A stretch of DNA of 63,957 bases, counting the filler, from Elsinoe ampelina (lineage: Eukaryota), in assembly GCA_010093995.1 (NCBI GenBank). It is 5 parts of 4 records of this genome, joined end to end, with 100 filler letters (N's around TTAATTAATTAA, not from the genome) between each part and the next. Parts side by side here need not be neighbours in the genome. Positions count along the whole stretch, not along the records: positions 48,483 to 60,383 come from ML992517.1; positions 60,484 to 63,957 come from ML992607.1; 3 more parts are not named here. One strand, written 5' to 3'. The notes under the pieces are model-generated. The model searched no databases. It was given only the letters and a program-made list of their open reading frames with translations, and had not been told where the DNA came from. Position 1 is the stretch's first letter; each line of letters starts with the position of its first letter. The translations under genes were made by a program, and so were the position numbers. Positions 52,675 to 62,826 of this stretch are shown here, one piece after another.

Positions 52675-54143
52675 ATGACAGACTTGCTCAATGTCGACTT
52701 TGATACGGCAGCCTTCAGTCATGTCGTCCCATCGCTCGAAAAGGCTCTCATCAGCACCAATGACTTGCTCACTCTCGACGCGGTCGAAGTCGCCAAACGC
52801 GCTTCGGTACCATCAGCAGAGATCAGAAGACTGAAGGAGGAATTGGTACTGCATCTACAGTCGCAGCTGAACCATAGTCACCGTCAAGGGCTCAATAGCC
52901 ATGCTTGGTCTACCATATCTACTCTGGATGAAGATCTGGACACTGCACTTGGTGGAGGGTTCCTTTGTGGACATTTGAGCGAAGTCACAGGAGAGAGGTG
53001 AGTCCGTCCCGCGTCCGTCATAGGATAGCTCTGACGCTACCAAGCGCAGCTGGCAAGACCCAGCTCCTGCTCTCGCTCTGCTTGTCGGTTCAACTACCTG
53101 CCCCCTATGGCGTGAACAGGTCGGCGCTTTACATCACAACAGAAGGTCCATTGCAAACGACTCGACTGGCTCAGATCCTTACGACGAATCCAATAGCGAC
53201 CAGTGTAGAAGCCGGACACCAACCGTCGCTCGCCCGCGTCCATGCCATCAAGGTACCAGACCTTGAATCGCAAGAGCATATTCTGCAATATCAGCTTCCA
53301 GTGGCTATTGAGAGGCACAAGATCGGCCTGGTGGTCATCGATTCGATTGCTGCCAACTTTCGAGCCGAATTTGATCGAGGAGATGGGAATGGCGACAATA
53401 TGGACATGATGCAAACACAGAAGAGGGCAACATTTGCAGCACGCACGAGACAGCTCATCGCGTTGGGGACACACTTGCGTTCTTTAGCGCAAAAGTACAA
53501 TCTTGCGGTAGTCGTTGCAAACCAGGTCCTTGATCGCTTCGCACCGCAGATCCTCAATCAGCCTGTCGTGGCATCTCAAGCTGCATCTCAAGCGTCGCAA
53601 ATGTCTAGTCGACAGAGCTCGCAACACTTTTCGCCTCGACCAGTGTCTGCACAGCTACCTGGTCAAAGCTACATGCAGCACCTCGATGGTGCGTCTGAGG
53701 CTGTGCCGGAAGGCGAAGCTATCGAATTGAGCACATCAGACCCGCTCAGTCTCGACCACCAACAGCGGTTCACCACCGGCTGGGGATCCATCTCTCAGTC
53801 CTACATACACTCGCTGTCCTACAGCGACCCCTGTCTCCACGCCGCACACTACCATACAAACAATCTCAAGACACCTTCACTTGGTCAAGTATGGACATCC
53901 CAGCTCTCCGCACGAATCGTCCTCCTCAAAAGTCCTATCTATAAAGACCACGATTACCGTCTCGGCATCCGAGAAATGGAAATCAAAGGTTGGAGCAGGT
54001 ATCTTGCCGTTGTCTTCGCCAGTTGGACAGCCGACGACAGTGGTGAATTAGGCACACCATATGAGATCTGGGAGGGAGGGCTAAGAGTCGTCAAGCTTGA
54101 CAGAACAGACCGAGAAGACACCGAGAATGAAAATGCCAAATGA
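52675..54143 (+). CDS. RAD57: DNA repair protein Rad57 (Rad51 paralog); join(52675..52997,53045..54143), 473 aa
   Basis: A 47-bp GTGAGT..CTGAC..AG intron (52998-53044) restores Walker A GESAAGKT. Also present: Walker B LVVIDSIAANFR, VVVANQV, DLESQEHILQYQLP, LDHQQRF and PSLGQVW. Confidence 0.93.
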
Positions 54144-54874
54144 CCAGACCGCACATGTGCCACGCCCCGTAGCTGTCAGATCCTTGCAGCTTCCAGATCA
54201 AATCTAATCCTGGCAGTGAAATTCCAATATCCAGTCCCAATCTCCTCCTCTTACAGTAGCAGCACACATCGGCCCGATGTTCTCCCAATGATCGCCAACA
54301 GGGCAGCCAACGCGGTTGATCTCCTGTCAAACAAAGCTTGACCCCAGCAAGGCCGCACATCCGTTCTAGCCCTGCGATCGCAAACCCGACCTGTGAAGTG
54401 TGAACCCTAAACGTGTGTGATCCCTGTCGGGACAGCTGCAGCTAGACGTGGTTGAATCTGGCGGATGAAACATGTGGAGTCTTGTGCCTGGGTCGTGAAC
54501 GCACCCCGGACTGGGAAACCGGTACGGTTCCTCACTGTGGAAAGCAGAGTATCATCTTCTTGGGCGACAGGATGTGATGGGAGGGCAGTACGGAGAAGTA
54601 TACCAGTGCAAAGAAAGGCATTCAGAAGTTATGCTAGATTGATTATGTCCCATGAGCAAAGACCGTAAACAACCCTTGTCCCATCCGCGGCATCATGAAA
54701 CAACCTCCCTCCCCACCATGTGGAGATGCAGAGATGAATGGTTGGCCGACTCTCCACTTCGTCTGCGACAGCCCTGGTGCGCTGCGTAGCACGGGTGTGT
54801 CGACATGTGTGATCCTGCTTGTTGAGGATTTGATTTCTGGCTAACCCCTGTTGACGTCCGTCTTGCTCGTGCGG

Positions 54875-54883
54875 TATATATAT
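54875..54883 (+). promoter_or_regulatory. TATA box of expansin-like gene
   Basis: TATATATAT about 95 bp upstream of ATG 54976, in GC-balanced context. Confidence 0.55.
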
Positions 54884-54975
54884 CCTCCTCCAGCCTGGCA
54901 TTCTGATCGAGCAGTATCCATCGCTACCCAAACTTCATCCCGTCACTCGCCAACACCACACCAGTGTCTGCAAAC

Positions 54976-55659
54976 ATGTTCTCCGTCCTCTCCTTGACCT
55001 TGCTGGTCACGTCCCTCCTCCCCTTCACCACCTCCCTCACCCTCGCAACCCGCCAATCCTCCTCCGCCCGCGGGACCTTCTACGGCGGCAACCTCCAAGG
55101 AGGCACCTGCTCCTTCAGCACCTACACCCTCCCCTCGGGCGTCTACGGCACAGCTCTGTCCGGCGCCTCCTGGGCTTCCTCCGGCAACTGCGGCGGATGC
55201 GTCGCCGTCACCGGCCCCAATGGCAAGACCATCACCGCCATGATCGTCGACCAGTGCCCGGAGTGTCCTGCCAACGGGTTGGACTTGTTCCAAAACGCAT
55301 TCGCGCAGTTGGCGGATATTTCCAAGGGGGTGATCAGTCTGAACTGGAAGTACGTCACGTGTCCGATTAGCAGTCCGTTGCAGATCCATCTCAAGTCCGG
55401 GGTGAGTCAGTACTGGTTCTCCGCGCAGGTCGTGAATGGGAAGAGGAGGACCAGCAAGATGGAGGTGTCGACGGATGCGGGCAAGTCGTACAAGGCGGTG
55501 CCGACCAGGCAGACGTATAATTTCTTTGAGCTGTCGAGCGGGTTGGGCAAGACGACGGCGTGGGTGAGGGTGACGAGTGAGACGGGGAGTCAGGTTGTGG
55601 TCAAGGACGTGCCGATGACGGGGGATAAAGTGGTGACTGCTGGGGCAAACTATGCTTGA
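54976..55659 (+). CDS. Secreted expansin-like protein (EXLX; DPBB + CBM63), 227 aa, intronless
   Basis: Signal peptide MFSVLSLTLLVTSLL. Domain 1 motifs GTFYGG..GGTCS, CGGCV and IVDQCPEC...LDL. Domain 2 motifs SQYWFSAQV and TYNFF, as in Bacillus EXLX1/YoaJ and Aspergillus EglD-type proteins. Confidence 0.92.
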   Translation: MFSVLSLTLLVTSLLPFTTSLTLATRQSSSARGTFYGGNLQGGTCSFSTYTLPSGVYGTALSGASWASSGNCGGCVAVTGPNGKTITAMIVDQCPECPANGLDLFQNAFAQLADISKGVISLNWKYVTCPISSPLQIHLKSGVSQYWFSAQVVNGKRRTSKMEVSTDAGKSYKAVPTRQTYNFFELSSGLGKTTAWVRVTSETGSQVVVKDVPMTGDKVVTAGANYA

Positions 55660-55738
55660 TAGCATTGGCAGACAATTGAATGCGTCCAGATGACTTGAGC
55701 TCGTGTTGATGCCGTGGTTGGCAATGTGATGTGTTGTC

Positions 55739-56224
55739 TCATCCGAAGAGATCCTTCCCATCGTTGCCATCGTTTGGTCCCCAGCATCCCCATGCCACTA
55801 CCCTCCAACCCTCGCCACCGTTGCCAACCCAGCCGCCAGCAGCAGCTACCACAGCACTCGCGTCATCTCTCGGAGCTCGTACCCAGACCTCAGGACCCTC
55901 GACCTTGAGGATGTCGAGAGGGATAGCGGTTCCATGAATACCCAAGTATCGTTGCAGCGCTGACTGCAGATGCAGATATGCCGTGACCTCATCCAGACTT
56001 AGTCTCGTAGTTTTGTTCGATCCCTCGACTGCTGCTTGTAGAGAAGCAGGAGTGATCAGCTTCAAGTGGATATATGACCAATCCGGATTGCGAATAGTGA
56101 ATTGAGATATCACTGGGTTTTTGTCCGGCTTGGACTTGCGCTTTTTGGATGCAGCATCATTGGCAGTCTCCTTCTTAAGATCCACAGGGCTCCGACCACC
56201 ATTATCCAAGTTTTCTGTCGACAT
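55739..56224 (-). CDS. POP8: RNase P/MRP subunit Pop8, 161 aa
   Basis: WSYIHLKL...LDEVT..LQSALQRYLGIHGTAIPLDILKV.G..VWVRAP..D matches filamentous-fungal Pop8. ATG at 56224. Confidence 0.8.
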   Translation of the reverse strand: MSTENLDNGGRSPVDLKKETANDAASKKRKSKPDKNPVISQFTIRNPDWSYIHLKLITPASLQAAVEGSNKTTRLSLDEVTAYLHLQSALQRYLGIHGTAIPLDILKVEGPEVWVRAPRDDASAVVAAAGGWVGNGGEGWRVVAWGCWGPNDGNDGKDLFG

Positions 56225-56291
56225 TTCTAGTCGTGTTGAGTGAGGTGCAGTCGCCGGAAGGTTGATATTGGGAAAGCCCCACACAGTCCAT

Positions 56292-56297
56292 CACGTG
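56292..56297. promoter_or_regulatory. CACGTG E-box in the 193-bp divergent POP8/ESS2 promoter
   Basis: TCACGTG sits between ATGs 56224(-) and 56418(+). Cbf1-like bHLH binding is an inference. Confidence 0.4.
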
Positions 56298-56417
56298 CGG
56301 GGTGGAGACTTGAGGAAACCTTGAAAGTGACGTTCATGTTTCTTTCACAATCTCACAAGAACAAGTCAGAATGCAATAACGTCAGCTGGTGAGCTTCAAG
56401 CTCAGTACCAAATCACC

Positions 56418-57866
56418 ATGGAGAGAAACAGTCAATCGAACGCGCTTGCGAAACGCAAAGCAGATGCAGACATGGCTCTAATGCCCCCTCCCCTGCCTCC
56501 GAAGCGAACCAAGAGACCTTCTACAGTGCTGGACGAGGATGTATACACGGACGCGCTCTCTCGAGTCATTGCACGAGACTTCTTCCCTGGTCTGCTCGAG
56601 ATCAAGGCACAGCAGGAGTACCTGGATGCGCTGGATTCCAAGGACGACGAATGGATTCGAGAAGCAGGGAACAATCTCAAAGTGGCCATGACGCCGGATC
56701 CGTACAGATCGAGAAGAGATGGAATGAGAGAAGGGAGCATAGCCCAGACTCCGGCGAGTGTGGCTACCACGGCCACGCCAGGACGGACACCTCTGCAACG
56801 AAGCGATATGCGAGACCCAAGTGCCACGCCTGCTGCGAAAGAAGAGCCAGGTCCACGGCAGCCAAAGGTCGACCTGTCGTTATCCCTCACCGACTTCCAG
56901 TCCAAATACACATCCGAGGACAACGAATCATTCAATGGCGTTTTAGACGCGCAAAATTTGGCCAAAGCGAAGAAATACGCATTTCTTCGGAACAATACCA
57001 ACAAACTCCCATCCAAGCAGCAGATTGCCCAGCAGAAGCTCCTCACAAATGGCGAGTCGACAGTCCTCTCCTCTCCTGCTGTCGCTTCTACTACAATCGC
57101 AAAGCCTACACCAAGGGAACCGCAGACATCTCTCATTCCCCGACCAAGTCAAGACCTCGATGCTCGGCCTGCTTCTGTGGACTCGTTCCCGGTCGTTCAA
57201 GGCGCTAAAAACACCTTCATGTTCTATCCGGAGAGCATCGAGGATGACATGACCACTCTTGCTCAACGAGCAGAAGCTGAGTCTCTCGCGCCACCACGAG
57301 TTACCAATTTCGCCGCCACTCGTATGCCTGGACCAGAAGCTGAGCGACCAGCTGTCCCACCTTCGCCAAGCATGAGCGCCGTCGATGCGGCAATCGCCGG
57401 CAAACCAAGACTTAGCGCTAGCGAAGTCGGTAGCACCATGGGTGACGGCTATTATGGGGCGGAAACACCTCAGGTCAAAGGCTGGAAATTCGTAGACGCT
57501 GAACCGACCAGAGCAGAGGAGATGCTCTATTCTGGCAAAGGGACGGCCATCAGCGATGTAGAAGCACAACGACAAGAACGAGCAGAGATCATGAAGCTCC
57601 TTCCCAAAGCCGAGTCAGGTGGCTTCCAGATGAACGCTACCAGCAGTAGGGATGAGCTGCGTGATCGGATGGTGGAGAAGAATGAGCGGGCGAAGCGGAA
57701 ATCAAGACCCGAGCAGAGAGTTAGGGGTGATCTGACGCCTGCCGGGCGGTCATTAGCAGGCAGGTTAGGTACGCCAGGGAGGACGCCAGGGAGCGGCATG
57801 TTTGGCGGTGGAGGAGGAGCAAGCAAGGCTTGGACGCCCATGAGGACGCCTGGAGTGAAGCGGTGA
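56418..57866 (+). CDS. ESS2: Splicing factor ESS2/DGCR14 (nuclear protein Es2), 482 aa
   Basis: Motifs VLDEDVYTDALSRVIARDFFPGL, LSLTDFQSKYTSEDNESF, NTFMFYPE, TPQVKGWKFV and LTPAGRSL. Confidence 0.9.
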   Translation: MERNSQSNALAKRKADADMALMPPPLPPKRTKRPSTVLDEDVYTDALSRVIARDFFPGLLEIKAQQEYLDALDSKDDEWIREAGNNLKVAMTPDPYRSRRDGMREGSIAQTPASVATTATPGRTPLQRSDMRDPSATPAAKEEPGPRQPKVDLSLSLTDFQSKYTSEDNESFNGVLDAQNLAKAKKYAFLRNNTNKLPSKQQIAQQKLLTNGESTVLSSPAVASTTIAKPTPREPQTSLIPRPSQDLDARPASVDSFPVVQGAKNTFMFYPESIEDDMTTLAQRAEAESLAPPRVTNFAATRMPGPEAERPAVPPSPSMSAVDAAIAGKPRLSASEVGSTMGDGYYGAETPQVKGWKFVDAEPTRAEEMLYSGKGTAISDVEAQRQERAEIMKLLPKAESGGFQMNATSSRDELRDRMVEKNERAKRKSRPEQRVRGDLTPAGRSLAGRLGTPGRTPGSGMFGGGGGASKAWTPMRTPGVKR

Positions 57867-58015
57867 CAGCTGTTGAGGTTCTGACCGTATGGAAATTGCT
57901 TTGATGATCTAGATACCCAACGCCATGAATAACGAATTTCCAGCCTATGTCTACTGATCTTGGAGTCAACCATTTACAACTCTCATCCCCGTGTACTTCG
58001 TGAAGAGATCAGGCT

Positions 58016-59723
58016 TCATTCCTCCTTTTTCTCATCCACCACAACGCCCCACTCATGCTCCTCCCCTCCATACATAATATCGCTCAACCACCCCCTCAAC
58101 AACGCCGCATACTTCCCACTCGCCCCCTCACCAGTCGGCACCCTAATCCTCTCCCCCTTCCACTCAATCAACCCCACCGGCGCCACGAAAAACGCCGTCC
58201 CCGCCGCAAACGCCTCGACCAACCTCCCCTCCCTCTCCGCCTCCACAATCTCCGCCATAGTGTACTTCCTCTCCACCACCTTGACCTCCTCCAACCTCTC
58301 CCTCGCCAACTCCAACAAACTCCCCCTCGTCACCCCCTCCAGAATAACCTTATCCTCCAACCCGGCCGTGACCAACTCCGTCCCCCCCTCCTTCGTCCTC
58401 CACACAACGAAAAAGTTACTCGCCCCAGCCTCCGTCACATACCCTTCACTCCCGAACAACCACAAAATCTGATGAAACCCCCTCTTCCTCGCCTCCCCTT
58501 GCGCCAGCAAACTTGGCCCATAGTTGGCGCCCAGTTTCGCGAACCCGAAACCCCCAGGCCACGCGCGGATCGTATCCTCCTTACTCGCCAACAACCTCAA
58601 CCCCTGCACCCCGTCCTCGTCCCCGCTTCCTCCCCCCAACGCCTTGGGGTCAGACAGATCCGGAAACATGGTCAGAATCACAAACAACAGCGCGCGTTTG
58701 GGCGCCTGCACGCCTAGACTCGGATCATCGGAGATGAGCGTCGGGCGGACGTAGAGGAACTTGCCCTTGCGCGAAGGGGGCAGCCATTTGGGACCGTCGT
58801 GGGCGCAGAGGGCGAGGATCAGTTTCTCGAGTTCGGGGGGGGAGAAGGCCGGGAGGGCGACGCGGGAGGCGGAGCGGGACATGCGGTGGCAGTTGCGGAG
58901 GGGGCGGAAGAGGCGGAGGCGGGAGTCGTGGCCGCGGTAGAGTTTGAGGCCTTCGAAGCATTCTGTTGCTGGGAGGGGGGTTAGTTGGGGGTTTGAGGAG
59001 GGGAGGGGAGTGGTGGGGGGGTGAGTGATGGGGCTGGGAGGGGGAGGGGGAAGAGTGGACGGTGAGACGGAGGTGGGGAAGAGGATGGAGAAGGGAAGGA
59101 TCGTCGGGGGGGAGAGGGAGCGAGGCATTGGCGGGTTTGATGGTGTCGACCATGTCACAGCCAGAAGAGAGCGGAGGGACATAGACGGCAATGTCATGCC
59201 CCTGCCCCTGATCGACACCAAGTCACCCGCCCCTCTCCCGCCCCTCTCCCGCCCCTCTCCCGCCCCTCTCCCGCCCGTATCCCTCCCTTTCCCACTCCTC
59301 CATTCCCCCAATCCCCTTCCCATCCTCCCCCATCCTCCCCAACCCCCATCAACCCACAAAAACGAAGAAAGAGAAGAACCCACCATAATGCAACACCGAA
59401 CTCGTCGGCATCAACTCCAAAGCCCCATAAGCCTTAATCTCCGGCGCCTCCCACCCCCCCTCCTCCGTCCAACTACACGTCAAAAAATGATCGGTGCAAA
59501 CACTGCTCGTCGCCACCACCGGGTCGTCCGGGGCCGGCACCTCGCGGGGGTTGGCGTTGGGTTTGATGACCAGCCGAGACGCGTCCAAGGGAGCGGGGCC
59601 GGGTGGGGCGGACTTGGGGGCCAGAGCCGAAGAGGGGGGGTGGGAGAGGGCGGATTTGGTTAGGGAGGAGGCGGTGGGGGTTGAGGTGCCGGAGGAGGGG
59701 GGGGTTATGGTTGTTGGGGCCAT
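58016..59723 (-). CDS. Branched-chain amino acid aminotransferase; join(58016..58968,59384..59723), 430 aa
   Basis: A 415-nt GT..CTAAC..CAG intron (58969-59383) restores SVLHYATECFEGLK. Also present: LRLFRP, LYVRPT, PLP-lysine RAWPGGFGFAKLGANYGP, TEAGASNFF, ILEGVTR and EAFAAGTA (Bat1/Bat2 family). Confidence 0.93.
59141..59220 (-). other. Predicted structured RNA element inside BCAT intron
   Basis: Outer stem 59141-59150 pairs with 59211-59220 (10 bp). Inner stem 59151-59162 pairs with 59187-59198 (10 of 12). There is a 12-nt G-rich bulge and a 24-nt pyrimidine-rich loop. Confidence 0.5.
59226..59276. repeat. 11-bp tandem repeat (cccgcccctct x4.6) in BCAT intron
   Basis: Directly visible. 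It gives G-runs on the transcribed (minus) strand. Confidence 0.9.
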
Positions 59724-60058
59724 GGTTGGGGAGGGGGGGAGAAGGTCGGAGTGGTGGTCGTGGTAGAGGAGGTGGGTTAGGAGAGATTGGCGAAAGGTGG
59801 CGAGGGCAAAGTCGATGCGGGACTGATGGTGTAGTCTGTAGTGATGGTGCGGGTCCAGCACTAGTCCAGGTCCTGGTGGTCTTCAAGCGGTGTACAGAAT
59901 CCCCTGTCCAATCGTGCAGGAAGTACCCAACTGTCGCTGTGTAGTCTACACAAGTCTTGAGCAAGTCTAAGGAACAAGAAAGAATTGTAACGAATAACAA
60001 GATATTACCAGTCCTTACATCGACCACAATCTGTCCACCACGTCCTTCAACACAAACC

Positions 60059-60134
60059 GAGTCATCTCCAGACTTTTTTCTGGCTCCTCCGGACCGGCGC
60101 CGATCCAGAGCGAAGTCGGAGGTCGAATTGACTC
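60059..60134. promoter_or_regulatory. Two Gcn4/CpcA-like TGACTC sites upstream of BCAT
   Basis: GAGTCA(T) at 60059-60065 and TGACTC at 60129-60134, 335-410 bp upstream of ATG 59723. This fits cross-pathway control of amino-acid genes. Confidence 0.45.
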
Positions 60135-60529
60135 GTGGCACAAAGCAGTTACAGTCGTTTTGAGTTCAACCGAGCCACCCCGGGCTTGGCGTGTTGTACT
60201 CCGCGTCGACCTCTCGTCATCAAATTTGGCTAGCTAGAAGTCTATAGAGAATACCGATAAATTAAAGCTGAAAAAAGGTGTAGTAGTCGCTATACTACTC
60301 TAATTAGGTTGTCACTATTATAGTTAATTATTAGATAGCCAAATTAAAACTAGTAGACGTATAGTTCTTACTTGCTAAAGGGTNNNNNNNNNNNNNNNNN
60401 NNNNNNNNNNNNNNNNNNNNNNNNNNNTTAATTAATTAANNNNNNNNNNNNNNNNNNNNNNNNNNNNNNNNNNNNNNNNNNNNTCCCCCTATAGTTATAA
60501 TCTATTAGACTCTATAGATAACTAGAACC

Positions 60530-62826
60530 TAATTGTAACTAGTAAGATAAGAAGTTAATTACGTCTATTTATTAAGATATCGAGACTTAGAAGAAGAAGA
60601 AGAAAACTAGTATACAAAGTACGCGTAATATTAAGAGTAGAGTAGCTAGAAGTCTAGGCTATAATACTAAAATTATATAACTAATCTAAACTAAATCCTA
60701 ACTAAATCTAGTTTGTATCTATCTTATATTACTACTCTCCCTTTTAAATATATTTACTCTTAAATACTATTATATATTACTTATCGATCTATTTTAGCCT
60801 TAGCTTATCTATATAATAGTCTAGATAGTTACGTAGTATATTAGCTACTTCTTTAAGATTATTAATTAGCTACTAGGTAAGATCCTTAGAATAGCTCTTC
60901 TAGCTTACGTAAGTAACTAGCCTTCTATATAGTATATATATATCTACTATATCTTCTACCTTATACTCTTCTTTACTATTAATTTCTATTAGTAGTAGCT
61001 CTTTAAACACTTAGCCTAGTAGAGAATTATTTAGATACTTAGTAAGGAGGTCTATATAAAACACTAGGTAGATCCTTTATAGTACTAGTAAGAGTTCTAG
61101 CTTATAAGATAGCCTTAACTACTTCTCTAAGATCTTATATAGACTAATATACTTTAGTAGTAGCTTTAGATTACTCTATAGCTAGAGGTTCTTTATTAAT
61201 AACTAAACTAAATTACCTACCTTAAACTCTATTAGTTAGTAGTACTTATTAGCTTATTCTACTATTTATAACTAGGCGATAGTAAGGTTAGCCTTAGTAA
61301 TAGCTAATACTTTCTCTAGCTACTTAGTAAGAGTATAAATGTTAGCTTTATTAAGCTTAGCTTTTATTAATAGTATATTAGAAGAGAGCTAGAAGCTTAT
61401 TCTTAGCTTATATCTCCTACTAACTTTAAATAGCGATAGTTTAGTACTTTCTAAGGAGTTAGTATTAGTAGAGAATTCTATAACTAGTAGAACTAGAGTC
61501 TAGTTACTAAAGTATATTATATATAACTAGATAACTCGTTTAAACTCTTAGTTTATAACTTCTAATTAGTTGTCTATTTAAGAGTAGCTAGTAATAGATA
61601 GCTTAGCTATAATCTTTAGAATCTAGTAGAGTCTCTTCTATACGTCGCTAATAAACTAAGAGCTATAGTTAAAAGTAATACTATCTAGTAGGCTATATAG
61701 TTTCTATACGTAGAAGAAGAATAGCTTAGTTATTTTAAATATAGAGGTTTCTTCTTCTCTAAAGAAGTAAGAGATTAAGTGTTATTCCTTAGTTAGGCGA
61801 TTAATAATATAGAGTACTATATTATATCTATCTACTAGTAGTAGGCTAGTAATAAAGTCTATAGTAATATACTACTAAGGCCTTTCTAGAATAGATAATA
61901 GCGATAGAAGACTAGCTAGTAAGCTATAATAAGCCTTTAAGTACTTATAGTTATAGTAGTTAGTAATAAACCTCTTAATATTACTATCGTATCTAGAGAT
62001 ATAGAAAGTAGACTTAATTATAGTAGCTATCTTAGTAGCTCCTCTATATATATAATTCTTTAATATATAGACTCCTTAGATAACCTTTATAGTTATAGAG
62101 AAGAGTACGATTAATTAGCTAGTAGTATATAGTATCCCCTTCTTAATTATAATATTAGTTAATAGTAACTATTTTCTCTTTAAGAAGACTTCTATTATAT
62201 AGTAGATACTATAAACTATCTCGAAGTTAGAGTCTTATAAGTTAGCTTTAGCTACTTTATTAAAAAGGAGTAAAGACTCTTCTATAGCTAAGATAGGTAC
62301 TACGTATATACCTAGTTTAGTAGCTAAGATAGGTACTAATATAGGTAGTAAAATAGAAGGTAAAAGAGGTAATAAACTAGATAGTAAACTAGATATTAAA
62401 CTAGATCTTAGTTTAGCTTAGGTTAGTAATCTAGTTTAGATATAACCTAGATTTAATTCGTTAATAATATATAGATTAAGCACCTTATATAGTAATAGTA
62501 TTTAGTATAGATTAAAGTCTTCTTTTAAGTATAGTATATCTCTATTTCTCCTCGTAAGTATATTAACTTTACTATTAGTAGTACTAGGCCTATATATAAT
62601 CTTAAGGTTAAACTATATAAGGTAGAGAGCCTAGTATACTTAGTAGTGTAATAGCTTTTAAGTCCTTATAAAGTATATTAGGAATTAGTAGTTAGTAAGA
62701 ATATAAATAGTCTTATTAGATTAAGTACTTATAAGCTTAGAGGCCTATTCCTTAAAGGCTTAAATAATAGCTAGTAGTTCTTTATCGTAGATAGTATAAT
62801 TATATTTAGCTTTACTTATAGATTTA
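60530..62826 (-). mobile_element. Heavily RIP'd Gypsy family A fragment (copy A3: 3' LTR 60530-60731, chromodomain, integrase, end of RNase H)
   Basis: Reverse complement aligns with 45105-47357. Homology stops abruptly after ...cttatagattta (62826). Confidence 0.88.

Noticed and set aside
59141..59220. TPP riboswitch or box C/D snoRNA in BCAT intron
   Set aside because: No CUGAGA TPP motif and no RUGAUGA/CUGA box pair are visible, so it is kept only as an unclassified structure.
60089..60097. Leu3/LeuB site upstream of BCAT (ccggaccgg)
   Set aside because: The spacing is CCG-N3-CGG, one base short of the CCG-N4-CGG consensus.
54943..60163. Many overlapping Pro/Gly/Arg-rich antisense or alternative-frame ORFs
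   Set aside because: Shadows of GC-rich, strand-skewed real genes with no domain signatures.
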